In this document: one piece after another, positions 29,245 through 40,134 of the stretch | Position numbering within the stretch: the first letter of the stretch is position 1 | Layout of the letters: every line of letters starts with the position of its first letter | Assembly (NCBI GenBank): GCA_949282275.1 | Contig: CASDOO010000002.1 | Coordinates: forward strand, 2,022 to 66,021 | From: an uncultured Bacillota bacterium | GTDB lineage: Bacteria; Bacillota_I; Bacilli_A; RFN20; CAG-288 | Reading direction: 5' to 3' | DNA length: 64,000 bases | Translations under genes and position numbers: made by a program | The notes under the pieces: generated by a model | The model's input: only the letters and a program-made list of their open reading frames with translations | The model's database searches: none | Told to the model about the DNA's origin: nothing

Positions 29245-29403
29245 TTACTTCTTCTCGTCGTGCTTCGTCTTCTTCTTGCAGTTGGGGCAATACTTGTTGG
29301 TGGAGAAACGCTCCGGATGGGCCTTCTTGTTCTTGGTGGTGATATAATTCTCGTGCTTGCACTCGGAGCAACGAAGGATAATGTCCACTCTCTTGTCTGC
29401 CAT
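29245..29403 (-). CDS. rpmG: 50S ribosomal protein L33 (C4 zinc-ribbon form)
   Basis: [27 protein letters not shown]...[23 protein letters not shown]. Confidence 0.9.
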   Translation of the reverse strand: MADKRVDIILRCSECKHENYITTKNKKAHPERFSTNKYCPNCKKKTKHDEKK

Positions 29404-29439
29404 AGTAAATCTCCTCCTTGGATTGTAGTTAACCGAAAT

Positions 29440-29469
29440 ATTATAGCCTCTTGACAGGAAGGCTTTCAA
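29440..29469 (-). promoter_or_regulatory. candidate sigma-A promoter for rpmG-efp-yneF (TTGAAA-18-TATAAT)
   Basis: Minus strand reads TTGAAAgccttcctgtcaagaggcTATAAT. Confidence 0.45.
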
Positions 29470-29491
29470 GAAGGAAAACGCACTTCCCCTG

Positions 29492-29500
29492 TGCTAGAAT
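29492..29500 (+). promoter_or_regulatory. extended -10 (TGcTAGAAT) placed 6 nt before the ispG ATG; leaderless-type promoter
   Basis: TGCTAGAAT-CATGGC-ATG with no SD. Confidence 0.45.
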
Positions 29501-29506
29501 CATGGC

Positions 29507-30544
29507 ATGAAGAAATACCGTTTCAATATCGGAAGCAAGACGATCGGCGACGGCGGAATCCTCATCCAGTCGATGGGGGACAGGAAGACGACGATTGTCG
29601 ACGCGCTTTCGTCCCTTACCAACGACCTTACCCGGATGGGCATGGACATGATGCGCTTTTCCGTCCTCGACAAGGAGGACGCAAAGGCCCTTTCGGAAAT
29701 CCGGAAGAAGGTTTCCGTCCCCATCATCGCCGACATCCACTTCGACACCACGCTTGCCCTCCTTGCCCTGGATTCCGGCGTGGACAAGATCCGCATCAAT
29801 CCCGGGAACGTCAATTCCGAGGCCGGTCTCCGGAAGGTCATTGCCCTGGCAAGGGAGAACAACGTCGCCATGCGCATCGGCCTCAATTCCGGAAGCCTGA
29901 ACCGCTATCGCGGAAAGGGAAAGGATTTCCTCGAGGACTATTTCCTGGCCCTCGACGCGACGCTTGCCATCTTCCGCGAAATGGATTTCCGGAATATCGT
30001 CCTCTCCCTGAAGACCTCCTCTCCCGAGCACGCCTATGAACTCTATCGGCGCGCCTATGACCTTTATCCCTATCCCCTCCATGTCGGTCTGACGGAGTCG
30101 GGCTTCGGCGTGATGGGGAGCATGAAGTCGGCCATCGCCCTCCAAAGGCTCCTTTCGGAAGGCATCGGCGATACCATCCGCATCTCCCTTGCCGACGACC
30201 GCCGCGAGGAAATACGGGCATGCAAGACCCTCCTCCGGGAACTTGGCATCCGGAAGGACCTTCCCGAGCTTGTCGTCTGTCCCACCTGCGGAAGGACCCT
30301 CATCGACCTCAAGGAGATTTCCCGTGCCGTCGCGAAGAGGCTCGACTATGTCTTCAAGCCCGTCAAGGTCGCCGTCATGGGCTGTCCTGTCAACGGCATA
30401 GGCGAGGCACGGGATAGCGACTTCGGCATCGCCGGCAGCGGAAAGAAGGACGTCTATCTCCTTTTCACCAAGGGCAAGCCGCTTGGCCTATACGAAAAAG
30501 AAGAGGCCTTGGAACGCCTCTTCTCCTTCATAGCCGTTTTCTGA
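29507..30544 (+). CDS. ispG: 4-hydroxy-3-methylbut-2-enyl-diphosphate synthase (MEP pathway)
   Basis: IGDGGILIQSM, ADIHFD, KIRINPGN, and the C-terminal 4Fe-4S cysteines (CPTCGR...GCPVNG). Confidence 0.92.
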   Translation: MKKYRFNIGSKTIGDGGILIQSMGDRKTTIVDALSSLTNDLTRMGMDMMRFSVLDKEDAKALSEIRKKVSVPIIADIHFDTTLALLALDSGVDKIRINPGNVNSEAGLRKVIALARENNVAMRIGLNSGSLNRYRGKGKDFLEDYFLALDATLAIFREMDFRNIVLSLKTSSPEHAYELYRRAYDLYPYPLHVGLTESGFGVMGSMKSAIALQRLLSEGIGDTIRISLADDRREEIRACKTLLRELGIRKDLPELVVCPTCGRTLIDLKEISRAVAKRLDYVFKPVKVAVMGCPVNGIGEARDSDFGIAGSGKKDVYLLFTKGKPLGLYEKEEALERLFSFIAVF

Positions 30545-30548
30545 GTTT

Positions 30549-31952
30549 CTATCCCTTCCGCTTCGGCCTTCCCCGTTTCGGGGCAAAGTCGTCGGAATGG
30601 AAGTCCGTGGCATTCCCGCCCTTCCGGGCGATGTTCGTCAGGATGACCTTTTTGCGATGCTTGAGCTTGACCAGGTCGACGGCCTTGCTGACCTTCTTCT
30701 TGTAGTTGGGCTTGACCTTGTTGCTCTTGGTCTTTCCGATGGCATGGCGGATCTGCTTCTGCAGCCTTTCGTTGGACTGGTCCTTCTTTCCGAGGTTGCG
30801 GAACTGGTACGGGCCCTTCTGGGCACGCAGTCCCTTGTCGGAAAGGGTGAGGTAATCGAAGGCAAGGCCGCGCCGGACAAGGTCCCTTGCCTTGTCAAGA
30901 AGCCTTTCGTCCTCGTAAAGGAGGATGTAGGAATCGCCTTCCGCGAGGAAACGGCCCGTCCTTCCGGCGCGATGGAAGTAATAGTCGGTATTCCTGGGAA
31001 GGTCGATGGAGAGGACTTCCTTGCAGTCGCGGACGTCGATTCCGCGGGAGACATAGTCCGTCGCCAGAAGAAGGCCGGAGTCCATGCCCTTGAAGAGATC
31101 GATGGTCTTGCGGATGTCGCGCTTGTCCTTCTCGCCCGTGATGGCAAGAACCTTCCTCCCGCTTTCCAGGAGCACCTTGCGGATGGGCACGATGTCTTCC
31201 TTCCTCGAGACGAAAAGGATGGCCTTGTAGGGATCGTGGACGGCAAGGAAGGCGACAAGGGCGTCTTCGCGGGTCATGCCCTTGGCGACGACGAAATGAT
31301 GGCGGACGCCTTCGGCAGTGATCGACTTGCGAAGGTCGAGGACTTCCTGGCATTGGAAGGCCTTGCGGACCCTAGTGATTTCCTGGATGCCGAGGGAGGC
31401 GGAAAAGAAGGAGACGATCTTCTTTTCGATGGCGCCCTTGAGGGACTTCAGGCAATCCTGGAAGCCATCGAAATAGACCATGTCGCCCTCATCGATGATG
31501 ACGTAGGAAAGACGGCTCGTGTCCAGTCTAGACAGGACCTCGGGATACATGGCCGGGGTCGTCAGGACGATCTTCGGCTTGAGAAGGGTGAAATCCTTCC
31601 TGGAACGGATGACCTTGCAGTCTTCCTTGCGAAAACCGCACTTCGGAAGCAGGGACTGGAGGACGTCCTGGATCTGGTCCAGAAGGGCGACCGTCGGCGA
31701 AAGGATGATGCCTTGGCAGAAATCCCCTTCCTGGAGGTTGTTGAGTATCGGGACGACATAGGACAGCGTCTTGCCCGTTCCCGTCGGGGCCAGGGCAAGA
31801 ACGGATCGTCCCTTCAGAAGCGGAGGAATGGCAGCCTGCTGAATCGGCGAGAGATAGAGGAAATCCTCGCTTTCGAGCGCGGCAAGGACTTTCCCGTTCA
31901 GATTGAGGGAGCCAAAGGGAAGGAGCTCACTCTTCTTGTCCGTTCTTTCCAT
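30549..31952 (-). CDS. DEAD-box family ATP-dependent RNA helicase (DEGD variant)
   Basis: Motifs: Q (SPIQQAAIP), I (APTGTGKT), II (IIDEGD), III (SAS), VI (HRAGRTGR), plus a basic C-terminal tail. Start taken at ATG 31952; the ORF-track start 31979 is a TTG. Confidence 0.85.
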   Translation of the reverse strand: MERTDKKSELLPFGSLNLNGKVLAALESEDFLYLSPIQQAAIPPLLKGRSVLALAPTGTGKTLSYVVPILNNLQEGDFCQGIILSPTVALLDQIQDVLQSLLPKCGFRKEDCKVIRSRKDFTLLKPKIVLTTPAMYPEVLSRLDTSRLSYVIIDEGDMVYFDGFQDCLKSLKGAIEKKIVSFFSASLGIQEITRVRKAFQCQEVLDLRKSITAEGVRHHFVVAKGMTREDALVAFLAVHDPYKAILFVSRKEDIVPIRKVLLESGRKVLAITGEKDKRDIRKTIDLFKGMDSGLLLATDYVSRGIDVRDCKEVLSIDLPRNTDYYFHRAGRTGRFLAEGDSYILLYEDERLLDKARDLVRRGLAFDYLTLSDKGLRAQKGPYQFRNLGKKDQSNERLQKQIRHAIGKTKSNKVKPNYKKKVSKAVDLVKLKHRKKVILTNIARKGGNATDFHSDDFAPKRGRPKRKG

Positions 31953-33669
31953 CTTGGATCTCGATTCCGAGGACGTCAAGGTCCTCCTTGGGGACGGGAG
32001 AGGGGCACTGGCTCATCGGCTCGACCGCGCGAAGGTTCTTGGGGAAGGCAACGACATCGCGGACGTTGTCCGTTTCGCACAGTTCCATTGCCAGTCTCTC
32101 GATGCCGATGCCGAAGCCGCCTTCCGGCGGAACGCCGTACTTGAGGGCCTTGACGAGGAAGCCGAAACGATTCTCGATGTCCGCCTCGCTCAGGCCCAGA
32201 AGCTCGAAGACCTTCTTCTGGATTTCCGCGTCATGGATTCGCAAGGCGCCAGAAGAAAGCTCGACGCCATTGAGGACCGTGTCGTAGCTGGTGGAGCGGA
32301 TCTTCGTCGGGTCGCTCCCGAAGAGGGGAAGATCCTCGTCGACAGGGCGCGTGAAAGGATTGGAGAGACATTCGATATGGCCGTCCTCCTCCCTTTCGAA
32401 CAAGGGCCAGTCGATGACGAAGAGGGGACGATAGACATCCTTCCTCGTCAGGCCAAGCTGGCTTCCGTAGGCGGTACGCAGGGCGCCAAGGGCAATGGCG
32501 GCCTTGTCTCCGCTGGCATCGGCGCAGAGGATGACAAGATCGTCCTCCTGCAATTCCAGGACCTTGGCAAGATCGGCAAGGCTTTCGGCAGTCATGTTCT
32601 TGCTGATGCCGCCTGAGAGGTGGCCATCGTTGAACTTGAGATGGCTGACGCCGAAGACCTTGAACTTCTTCGCATGAAGATTGTCCTCGTCCATCTTCTT
32701 CCGCGTCGTGGCCGTCGCCATCCTGTTGACGACAAGGGCCTTGACCCTCTTTCCCTCGAAGGCCTTGAAACCGCAGTTTTCCAAAGCGTTCGTGACATCG
32801 CGGATTTTCATGTCGAAACGCAGATCGGGCTTGTCCGTCCCGTAGTCGTCGATGCAGGTCCGATAGGAAAGCCGCTCGAAGTCGGGAAGGACGACATTCT
32901 TGATCTTGAGGAAGAGATGCTTGAGAAGCCTCTCGATGATATCGAGGACGTCCTCCCTTTCGACGAAGGACATCTCGCAGTCGATCTGCATGAATTCCGG
33001 CTGCCTGTCGGCACGCTGGTCCTCGTCGCGGTAGCAGTGGGCAAGCTGGAAGTAGCGATCGACACCGGAGATCATGAGAAGCTGCTTGTAGAGCTGGGGA
33101 GACTGGGGAAGGGCATAGAAGGAACCCGGGAAGATGCGGCTCGGGACAAGATAGTCCCTGGCGCCCTCGGGCGTGGACTTGATGAGCGTCGGGGTGTCGA
33201 CCTCCAGGAAGCCCTCCTCGACAAGGAACTCCCTCGTATAGCGGGAAATGAGGGCACGCGTCTCCAGGAAGCGGAGCATCTTCGGCCTTCTCAGATCGAG
33301 ATAGCGATACTGAAGACGGGTATCCTCGCTTGCGGTGACTTCGTCCTGGATGGGGAAGGGCGTCGTCTCGGCCTTGGAATAGACGGTGACCTTCTCGACG
33401 CGGATCTCGATCCTTCCCGTGGGGATCCTGTCGTTGGGGTCGCTTCTGAGAACGACTTCGCCATCGGCGCGGACGACCCATTCCGGACGCAGGGAAAGCG
33501 TCCTGAAATAGGAAGGCTCGATGTTGAGCTGTGTGATGCCATAGCGATCGCGGAGGTCGACGAAGACAAGGGCGCCCAAGTCGCGGACGGCATCGACGAA
33601 TCCGCAGAGGGAAACCTTCTTTCCGACGTCTTCCGGCCGCAGCTGGCCGCAGGTATGTGTTCTAAGCAT
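31927..33669 (-). CDS. aspS: aspartyl-tRNA synthetase
   Basis: 580 aa. OB-fold N-terminus (LCGFVDAVRDLGALVFVDLRDRYG) and class II motifs (FYALPQSPQLYKQ, QLAHCYRDED, GGFGIGIERL). Confidence 0.95.
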   Translation of the reverse strand: MLRTHTCGQLRPEDVGKKVSLCGFVDAVRDLGALVFVDLRDRYGITQLNIEPSYFRTLSLRPEWVVRADGEVVLRSDPNDRIPTGRIEIRVEKVTVYSKAETTPFPIQDEVTASEDTRLQYRYLDLRRPKMLRFLETRALISRYTREFLVEEGFLEVDTPTLIKSTPEGARDYLVPSRIFPGSFYALPQSPQLYKQLLMISGVDRYFQLAHCYRDEDQRADRQPEFMQIDCEMSFVEREDVLDIIERLLKHLFLKIKNVVLPDFERLSYRTCIDDYGTDKPDLRFDMKIRDVTNALENCGFKAFEGKRVKALVVNRMATATTRKKMDEDNLHAKKFKVFGVSHLKFNDGHLSGGISKNMTAESLADLAKVLELQEDDLVILCADASGDKAAIALGALRTAYGSQLGLTRKDVYRPLFVIDWPLFEREEDGHIECLSNPFTRPVDEDLPLFGSDPTKIRSTSYDTVLNGVELSSGALRIHDAEIQKKVFELLGLSEADIENRFGFLVKALKYGVPPEGGFGIGIERLAMELCETDNVRDVVAFPKNLRAVEPMSQCPSPVPKEDLDVLGIEIQDGKNGQEE

Positions 33670-33674
33670 TCTTT

Positions 33675-34925
33675 CTATCTCCTCAAGAGCCTTGTTAGCT
33701 CTTCCTCATCGACGACTTGCTGGTTCCGGCTTTCCATGTCCTTGAGCTCGACATGGCCATCCTCGAAGACGATGACGACGTTTTTCGCCTTGAGCCTGTC
33801 GGCCATCTTGAAGCAGCCGCCCATGCCCTTGCGCATGGAGGGAAGACGTACGCAAAGGCCTTCACGGCGCAGTCTTTGGGCCAGGGCGATGGCCTTTCCG
33901 TTCCTTTCGAAGTCCAGAAGGAAGACGTCGATCGAAGGCGTAGAGGCGATTTCCCTTTTCCGCTCTTCGGACATGTCCAGGATGAGCCTTTCGATTCCAA
34001 GGGAGAAGCCGATGCCTTCGAACTGGGGTCCGCCGATATCCTTCATCAGGGAGGAATACTTCCCTCCGCCGCCGAGGGCGGAAGTCGGTTTCTCAAGATC
34101 GTAGATCTCCCAGACAAGACCGGTATAGTAGTCCAATCCGCGGACAAGGCCGTCATCCTTCCGGTAAGGGATCTTCAGGCTTTCCAGGACGGAGACGATG
34201 GCATCGTATTCCTTCCTGTCCTCCTCGGAAAGATAGTCCTCGATGCGCGGCGCCTTCTTGCCAAGCTCATGGTCTTTCTCGACCTTGCAGTCGAGGATGC
34301 GGAGGGGATTGGTCTCGAAGCGTTTCCGGCAGTCCTCGCACATCTCGTCGAGATGGGGAGAGAAGAATTCGGCAAGGGCCTTCTTGTAGTTCTCGCGCGA
34401 CTGGAAGGAACCGAGGTAGTTGATGAGGACGACGACTTCCTTGCCCAACACCTTCCTTGTCGCCTCGACGGAAAGAAGAAGCGCATCCAGGCTGGCGTCG
34501 AGGTCGATTTTCTCGTCCAGGAACTCCACGCCGTATTGGTGGAATTCCCTCAGCCTTCCCGATTGCGGCCTTTCATAGCGGAAGACCTTGCCCATGTAGT
34601 CGAAGCGTAGGGGAAGGTCGGGGAGGGCAAAGAGCTTGTTTTCCAGGACAAGCCTGTTGACGCCGGCGGTGAACTCCGGCCGCAGGGTATAGTCCTTGTC
34701 GCCCTTGCTTATCAGGTCGAATGTCTCCTTGCGGACGATGTCCGAGCTTTCGCCGACGGACCGGTGGAAGAGCCGGGATTCCTCGAAGACGGGCGGATTG
34801 ACGCGCTGACAGCCATAGAGCCGGCTTTCGGCCATCAAGAGCCTTTCCAGGCCATCGAGGAGAGCTTCCTCAAAGCCGAAATAGTCCGTCGTTCCCCGCG
34901 GTTTCCGGATTGCGCTTTCTGACAT
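33675..34925 (-). CDS. hisS: histidyl-tRNA synthetase
   Basis: PRGTTDY, MGKVFRYERPQSGRLREFHQ, GGGKYSSL, GFSLGIERL motifs. Confidence 0.95.
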   Translation of the reverse strand: MSESAIRKPRGTTDYFGFEEALLDGLERLLMAESRLYGCQRVNPPVFEESRLFHRSVGESSDIVRKETFDLISKGDKDYTLRPEFTAGVNRLVLENKLFALPDLPLRFDYMGKVFRYERPQSGRLREFHQYGVEFLDEKIDLDASLDALLLSVEATRKVLGKEVVVLINYLGSFQSRENYKKALAEFFSPHLDEMCEDCRKRFETNPLRILDCKVEKDHELGKKAPRIEDYLSEEDRKEYDAIVSVLESLKIPYRKDDGLVRGLDYYTGLVWEIYDLEKPTSALGGGGKYSSLMKDIGGPQFEGIGFSLGIERLILDMSEERKREIASTPSIDVFLLDFERNGKAIALAQRLRREGLCVRLPSMRKGMGGCFKMADRLKAKNVVIVFEDGHVELKDMESRNQQVVDEEELTRLLRR

Positions 34926-34968
34926 GATCGTTAGCCTCCAAACAATTAATTATACAATAATATTCTTT

Positions 34969-37173
<2,205 letters not shown>

Positions 37174-37176
37174 TCT

Positions 37177-37686
37177 CTAGAGATCCATGATCGTCGCAAA
37201 GGGGACATCCAGCTTCCTGTCGCCCTCAAGGTCCTTGAGCCGGATCAGGGTCAAGGCTCCGCAGGGGACGCCGCCGCCATCGCGGATGAGCTTCTCGAGG
37301 GCCAGGAAAGTGCCGCCGGTCGCAAGAAGGTCGTCCAGCATCAAGACTCGCTGTCCCGGCTTGAAGGAGGCCTTTGGAATCTCAAGCCTTGCCGTTCCGT
37401 ATTCCAGGGCGTATTCCACGTGCAGGATCTCGCCGGGCAGCTTGCCGGCCTTCCTTGCCATGACAAAGCCGATTCCCATCTGATAGGCCAGGGCAGAGCC
37501 GAACAGGAAGGCACGGCTTTCCGGTCCGCAGATGATGTCCGGCTTGAAGGCCGCGGCAAGCCTTGCCATGTCGTCGATGCAGGAACGGAAGACCTCCCCA
37601 TTGCGAAGCAACGGCGAAATGTCCTTGAAGGAAATGCCCTTCTTGGGGAAGTCCATCGTGACGCCAATATACTTGGAATAATCCAT
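37177..37686 (-). CDS. apt: adenine phosphoribosyltransferase
   Basis: FKDISPLL and the PRPP loop VLMLDDLLATGGT. apt-relA synteny. AGGAGG SD. Confidence 0.93.
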   Translation of the reverse strand: MDYSKYIGVTMDFPKKGISFKDISPLLRNGEVFRSCIDDMARLAAAFKPDIICGPESRAFLFGSALAYQMGIGFVMARKAGKLPGEILHVEYALEYGTARLEIPKASFKPGQRVLMLDDLLATGGTFLALEKLIRDGGGVPCGALTLIRLKDLEGDRKLDVPFATIMDL

Positions 37687-37710
37687 AAGAAAACCTCCTA
37701 GGCAAAAATA

Positions 37711-37719
37711 AGTATAGCA
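37711..37719 (-). promoter_or_regulatory. candidate extended -10 promoter (TGcTATACT) for the apt-relA-hisS-aspS-helicase operon
   Basis: Minus strand reads aaTGCTATACT, followed by a 24-nt leader containing AGGAGG. Confidence 0.45.
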
Positions 37720-37766
37720 TTAAAACCATGCCATCAAGCGGAAACGAAACGCTTTCCATTCCTTTT

Positions 37767-37775
37767 TGTTAAAAT
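37767..37775 (+). promoter_or_regulatory. extended -10 (TGtTAAAAT) placed 6 nt before the ispH ATG; leaderless-type promoter
   Basis: TGTTAAAAT-AGGGAC-ATG. Confidence 0.45.
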
Positions 37776-37781
37776 AGGGAC

Positions 37782-38630
37782 ATGATTACCATTATCGGCG
37801 AAATCGGATTCTGCTTCGGCGTCAATCACGCCATCGACGTCCTAAGGAAGGCTGCCGCCGAAAACAGGCGCGTCTACCTCACCCATCCGCTTCTCCACAA
37901 CAAGGCGGAAAACGACCGCCTTCTCATGGAAAACCATGCCGCCCTTTTCCATGCGGGAAGCCCGCTTTCGGACTCGGCCATCGTCTTTTCCGCCCATGGC
38001 CATGCCATGAAGGAGGAAAGCCTTTATCCCACGGCACGGCTTTATGACGCGACCTGCCCGCTGATCCAGAAGCGCTATGAGAGAATCGAGGCGGAAAGGG
38101 ATCTGACGATCGTCTTCCTTGGGAAGAACGGCCATCAGGAGACCGAGGCCTTCCTGGCGCGTTTCCCGGATTTCCTTTTTGTCGATTCCAGAATGGACAT
38201 CGAAGACCAGCTCGCTGGCCTTTCCCTCATCGGAAGGACGGGCCTTGTCCCACAGACGACCGTTTCACAAAGTGCCTACCGCGTGGCCGAGGCATGGCTT
38301 AGGAAAAACACGGACCTTCAGTTCGTCCTACCCATCTGCCCGATGTACGAAAGACGTTTCCTGGCCATCGAGGACTTCTTCGCCGGAAAGGATCCCCAGT
38401 CCTTCTTCCTTGTCGTCTGCGGGGATACGCTCTCTTCCAATGCCAACGAGCTTCTTCAGGCCTCCCTTTTGCGGTTCCGTGGCCTGAAGGGAAGGATTGC
38501 CATGTCGGCGGAGGAGATTTCGACGGAGGAGGTCGGGAAAAGACAGATCGTCCTCTGTTCCTCGACAAGTGCCAGCAGGGAGAAGGTCCTCCAGCTCAAG
38601 GAAGGGCTCGAGCGCCGCTTTTCAGACTAG
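37782..38630 (+). CDS. ispH: 4-hydroxy-3-methylbut-2-enyl diphosphate reductase (MEP pathway)
   Basis: GFCFGVNHAI (Cys1), DATCPLI (Cys2), LPICPMYERR (Cys3), SAHGH. Confidence 0.9.
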   Translation: MITIIGEIGFCFGVNHAIDVLRKAAAENRRVYLTHPLLHNKAENDRLLMENHAALFHAGSPLSDSAIVFSAHGHAMKEESLYPTARLYDATCPLIQKRYERIEAERDLTIVFLGKNGHQETEAFLARFPDFLFVDSRMDIEDQLAGLSLIGRTGLVPQTTVSQSAYRVAEAWLRKNTDLQFVLPICPMYERRFLAIEDFFAGKDPQSFFLVVCGDTLSSNANELLQASLLRFRGLKGRIAMSAEEISTEEVGKRQIVLCSSTSASREKVLQLKEGLERRFSD

Positions 38631-39439
38631 AATCCCCGAATCCTTTCCTTCAGCCGCGCCATGGCACGGCTTTCCCTTTGGCGGACGGCTTCCGGCGAGA
38701 TGCCAAGCTTCCTCCCGATTTCCGAAAGCGTCACCGGCTTCTCCTGGTTCCGAAGAAGAAGGATTTCCCGGTCCTTTTCGTCCAGCTCCGACAGCGCCTT
38801 CAAGACGGCTTCGTAGCGGTCCTTGTCCAAGGCGGTCTCGTGCGGATCGGAATCGGGATCGGCAAAACGCGTCTCGAGGACCTTCGTGCCATCGTCGTCT
38901 TCGCTCTTGGCGTCCAGGGAGAGGACACTTGCCGAGTAGAGGCGATAGCGCTGGAGGTCATCCACGCTTGTCCCGTCGCCCAATGCCAGACAGATTTCCT
39001 CGTCTTTTGGTTCCCGGTGCAGTCTCTGGACAAGTTCCTCCTTTGCCTTTTCGATTTGCCTGAGCCGACTCGAAAGGCTTGGCGGGATGCGGATCGTCTT
39101 TCCATATCGTCCAAGATACTGGAAAATGGCATTTTTTATATACGTCATCGCCAAGGTGGAAAAGGCATAGTTCCTTTCCGGATCGTAGTCATCGACGGCG
39201 CGAATGAGGCCAAGACTTCCTTCCTGGATGAGATCCTCGATCGGGCAATGCCAGTCCCGTGCGCAATCGGAAGCGTACTTGACGACGAGTCGGAGATTGT
39301 CCTCGACGATCTCGTTTCTTAGCTCGATTGTGGGGTTCCTCCGGTAGGCCAGAAGCTTCTCCTTGGTCTGTGCCGGGGTGAGGGCCGGACGAAGCGAAAT
39401 GAAATCGCCCAGTGGTCCTTTCGTCTTTTTCTGTCCCAT
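38627..39439 (-). CDS. alternative sigma-70-family RNA polymerase sigma factor
   Basis: 270 aa. Region 2 (DLIQEGSLGLIRAVDDYDPERNYAFSTLAMTYIKNAI), KTIRIP, and a region 4 HTH (TLSEIGRKLGISPEAVRQRESRAMARLK). AAGGAG SD. Confidence 0.85.
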   Translation of the reverse strand: MGQKKTKGPLGDFISLRPALTPAQTKEKLLAYRRNPTIELRNEIVEDNLRLVVKYASDCARDWHCPIEDLIQEGSLGLIRAVDDYDPERNYAFSTLAMTYIKNAIFQYLGRYGKTIRIPPSLSSRLRQIEKAKEELVQRLHREPKDEEICLALGDGTSVDDLQRYRLYSASVLSLDAKSEDDDGTKVLETRFADPDSDPHETALDKDRYEAVLKALSELDEKDREILLLRNQEKPVTLSEIGRKLGISPEAVRQRESRAMARLKERIRGF

Positions 39440-39459
39440 CGTTTTCTCCTTTCCGGATT

Positions 39460-40134
39460 TCAGGGAATCCTCTTTTCCCTTGGTCTTTCGTCCATCAGGC
39501 CGATTGCCTGCTCGATAAGTTCCCTTTCCTTTAACCGAACTCTTTTTCCTTCTTCGGGAAGCGCATCGATGTTCGCCCTTTTCTCAAGGAGGAATTCCCT
39601 CAGCAAAGGATCGCCGTTGGCCAAAGGGAAGAGGCCGAATTTCCGTTCCGCCTCTTCCAAGGGCAATAGCCTGCCCATGGCTTTTCGATAAAGGAGGATC
39701 GGATAGTAATGCCTTTCGAAGACGTAGCATCCGCCGACGTTTTCATAGCCAAGTTCCTGGAGAAGGGAAATCGGGCCCTCGAAATTGGACTGCGGCGATA
39801 TGACAAGGCCCTTGATTGGAGAAAGCCTTTCCCTTCCGCGCTCGAGGATTCCCTGGATCGTCCATCCGCCCATGCCGAGTATCGTCAGGAAATTCACGTC
39901 CGGCGGGAGAAAGTCAATGCCGTCCTGGAGGAACGCCTTTGCCATGGAACCGTTTTCGTCAAGGTTCCGCCTGAGGCCTTCATAGGGCCCTTTCTTGTTC
40001 TCGCCCCCATAGCAGGCAATCCCGCGCCTTTCCAAGGCAAGAAGAAAATCGCCCCGATCGGAGCCGACGTCGAAGACGACGGCTCCCTTCGGGACAAGAT
40101 CCAAAGCGGTCAGAAGGCGCTTGGATAGTGTCAT
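39460..40134 (-). CDS. trmK: tRNA (adenine22-N1)-methyltransferase TrmK
   Basis: [18 protein letters not shown]-binding start and ILGMGG. Sits directly after sigA, as yqfN does in Bacillus. ATGA overlap with the rpoD stop. Confidence 0.8.
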   Translation of the reverse strand: MTLSKRLLTALDLVPKGAVVFDVGSDRGDFLLALERRGIACYGGENKKGPYEGLRRNLDENGSMAKAFLQDGIDFLPPDVNFLTILGMGGWTIQGILERGRERLSPIKGLVISPQSNFEGPISLLQELGYENVGGCYVFERHYYPILLYRKAMGRLLPLEEAERKFGLFPLANGDPLLREFLLEKRANIDALPEEGKRVRLKERELIEQAIGLMDERPREKRIP

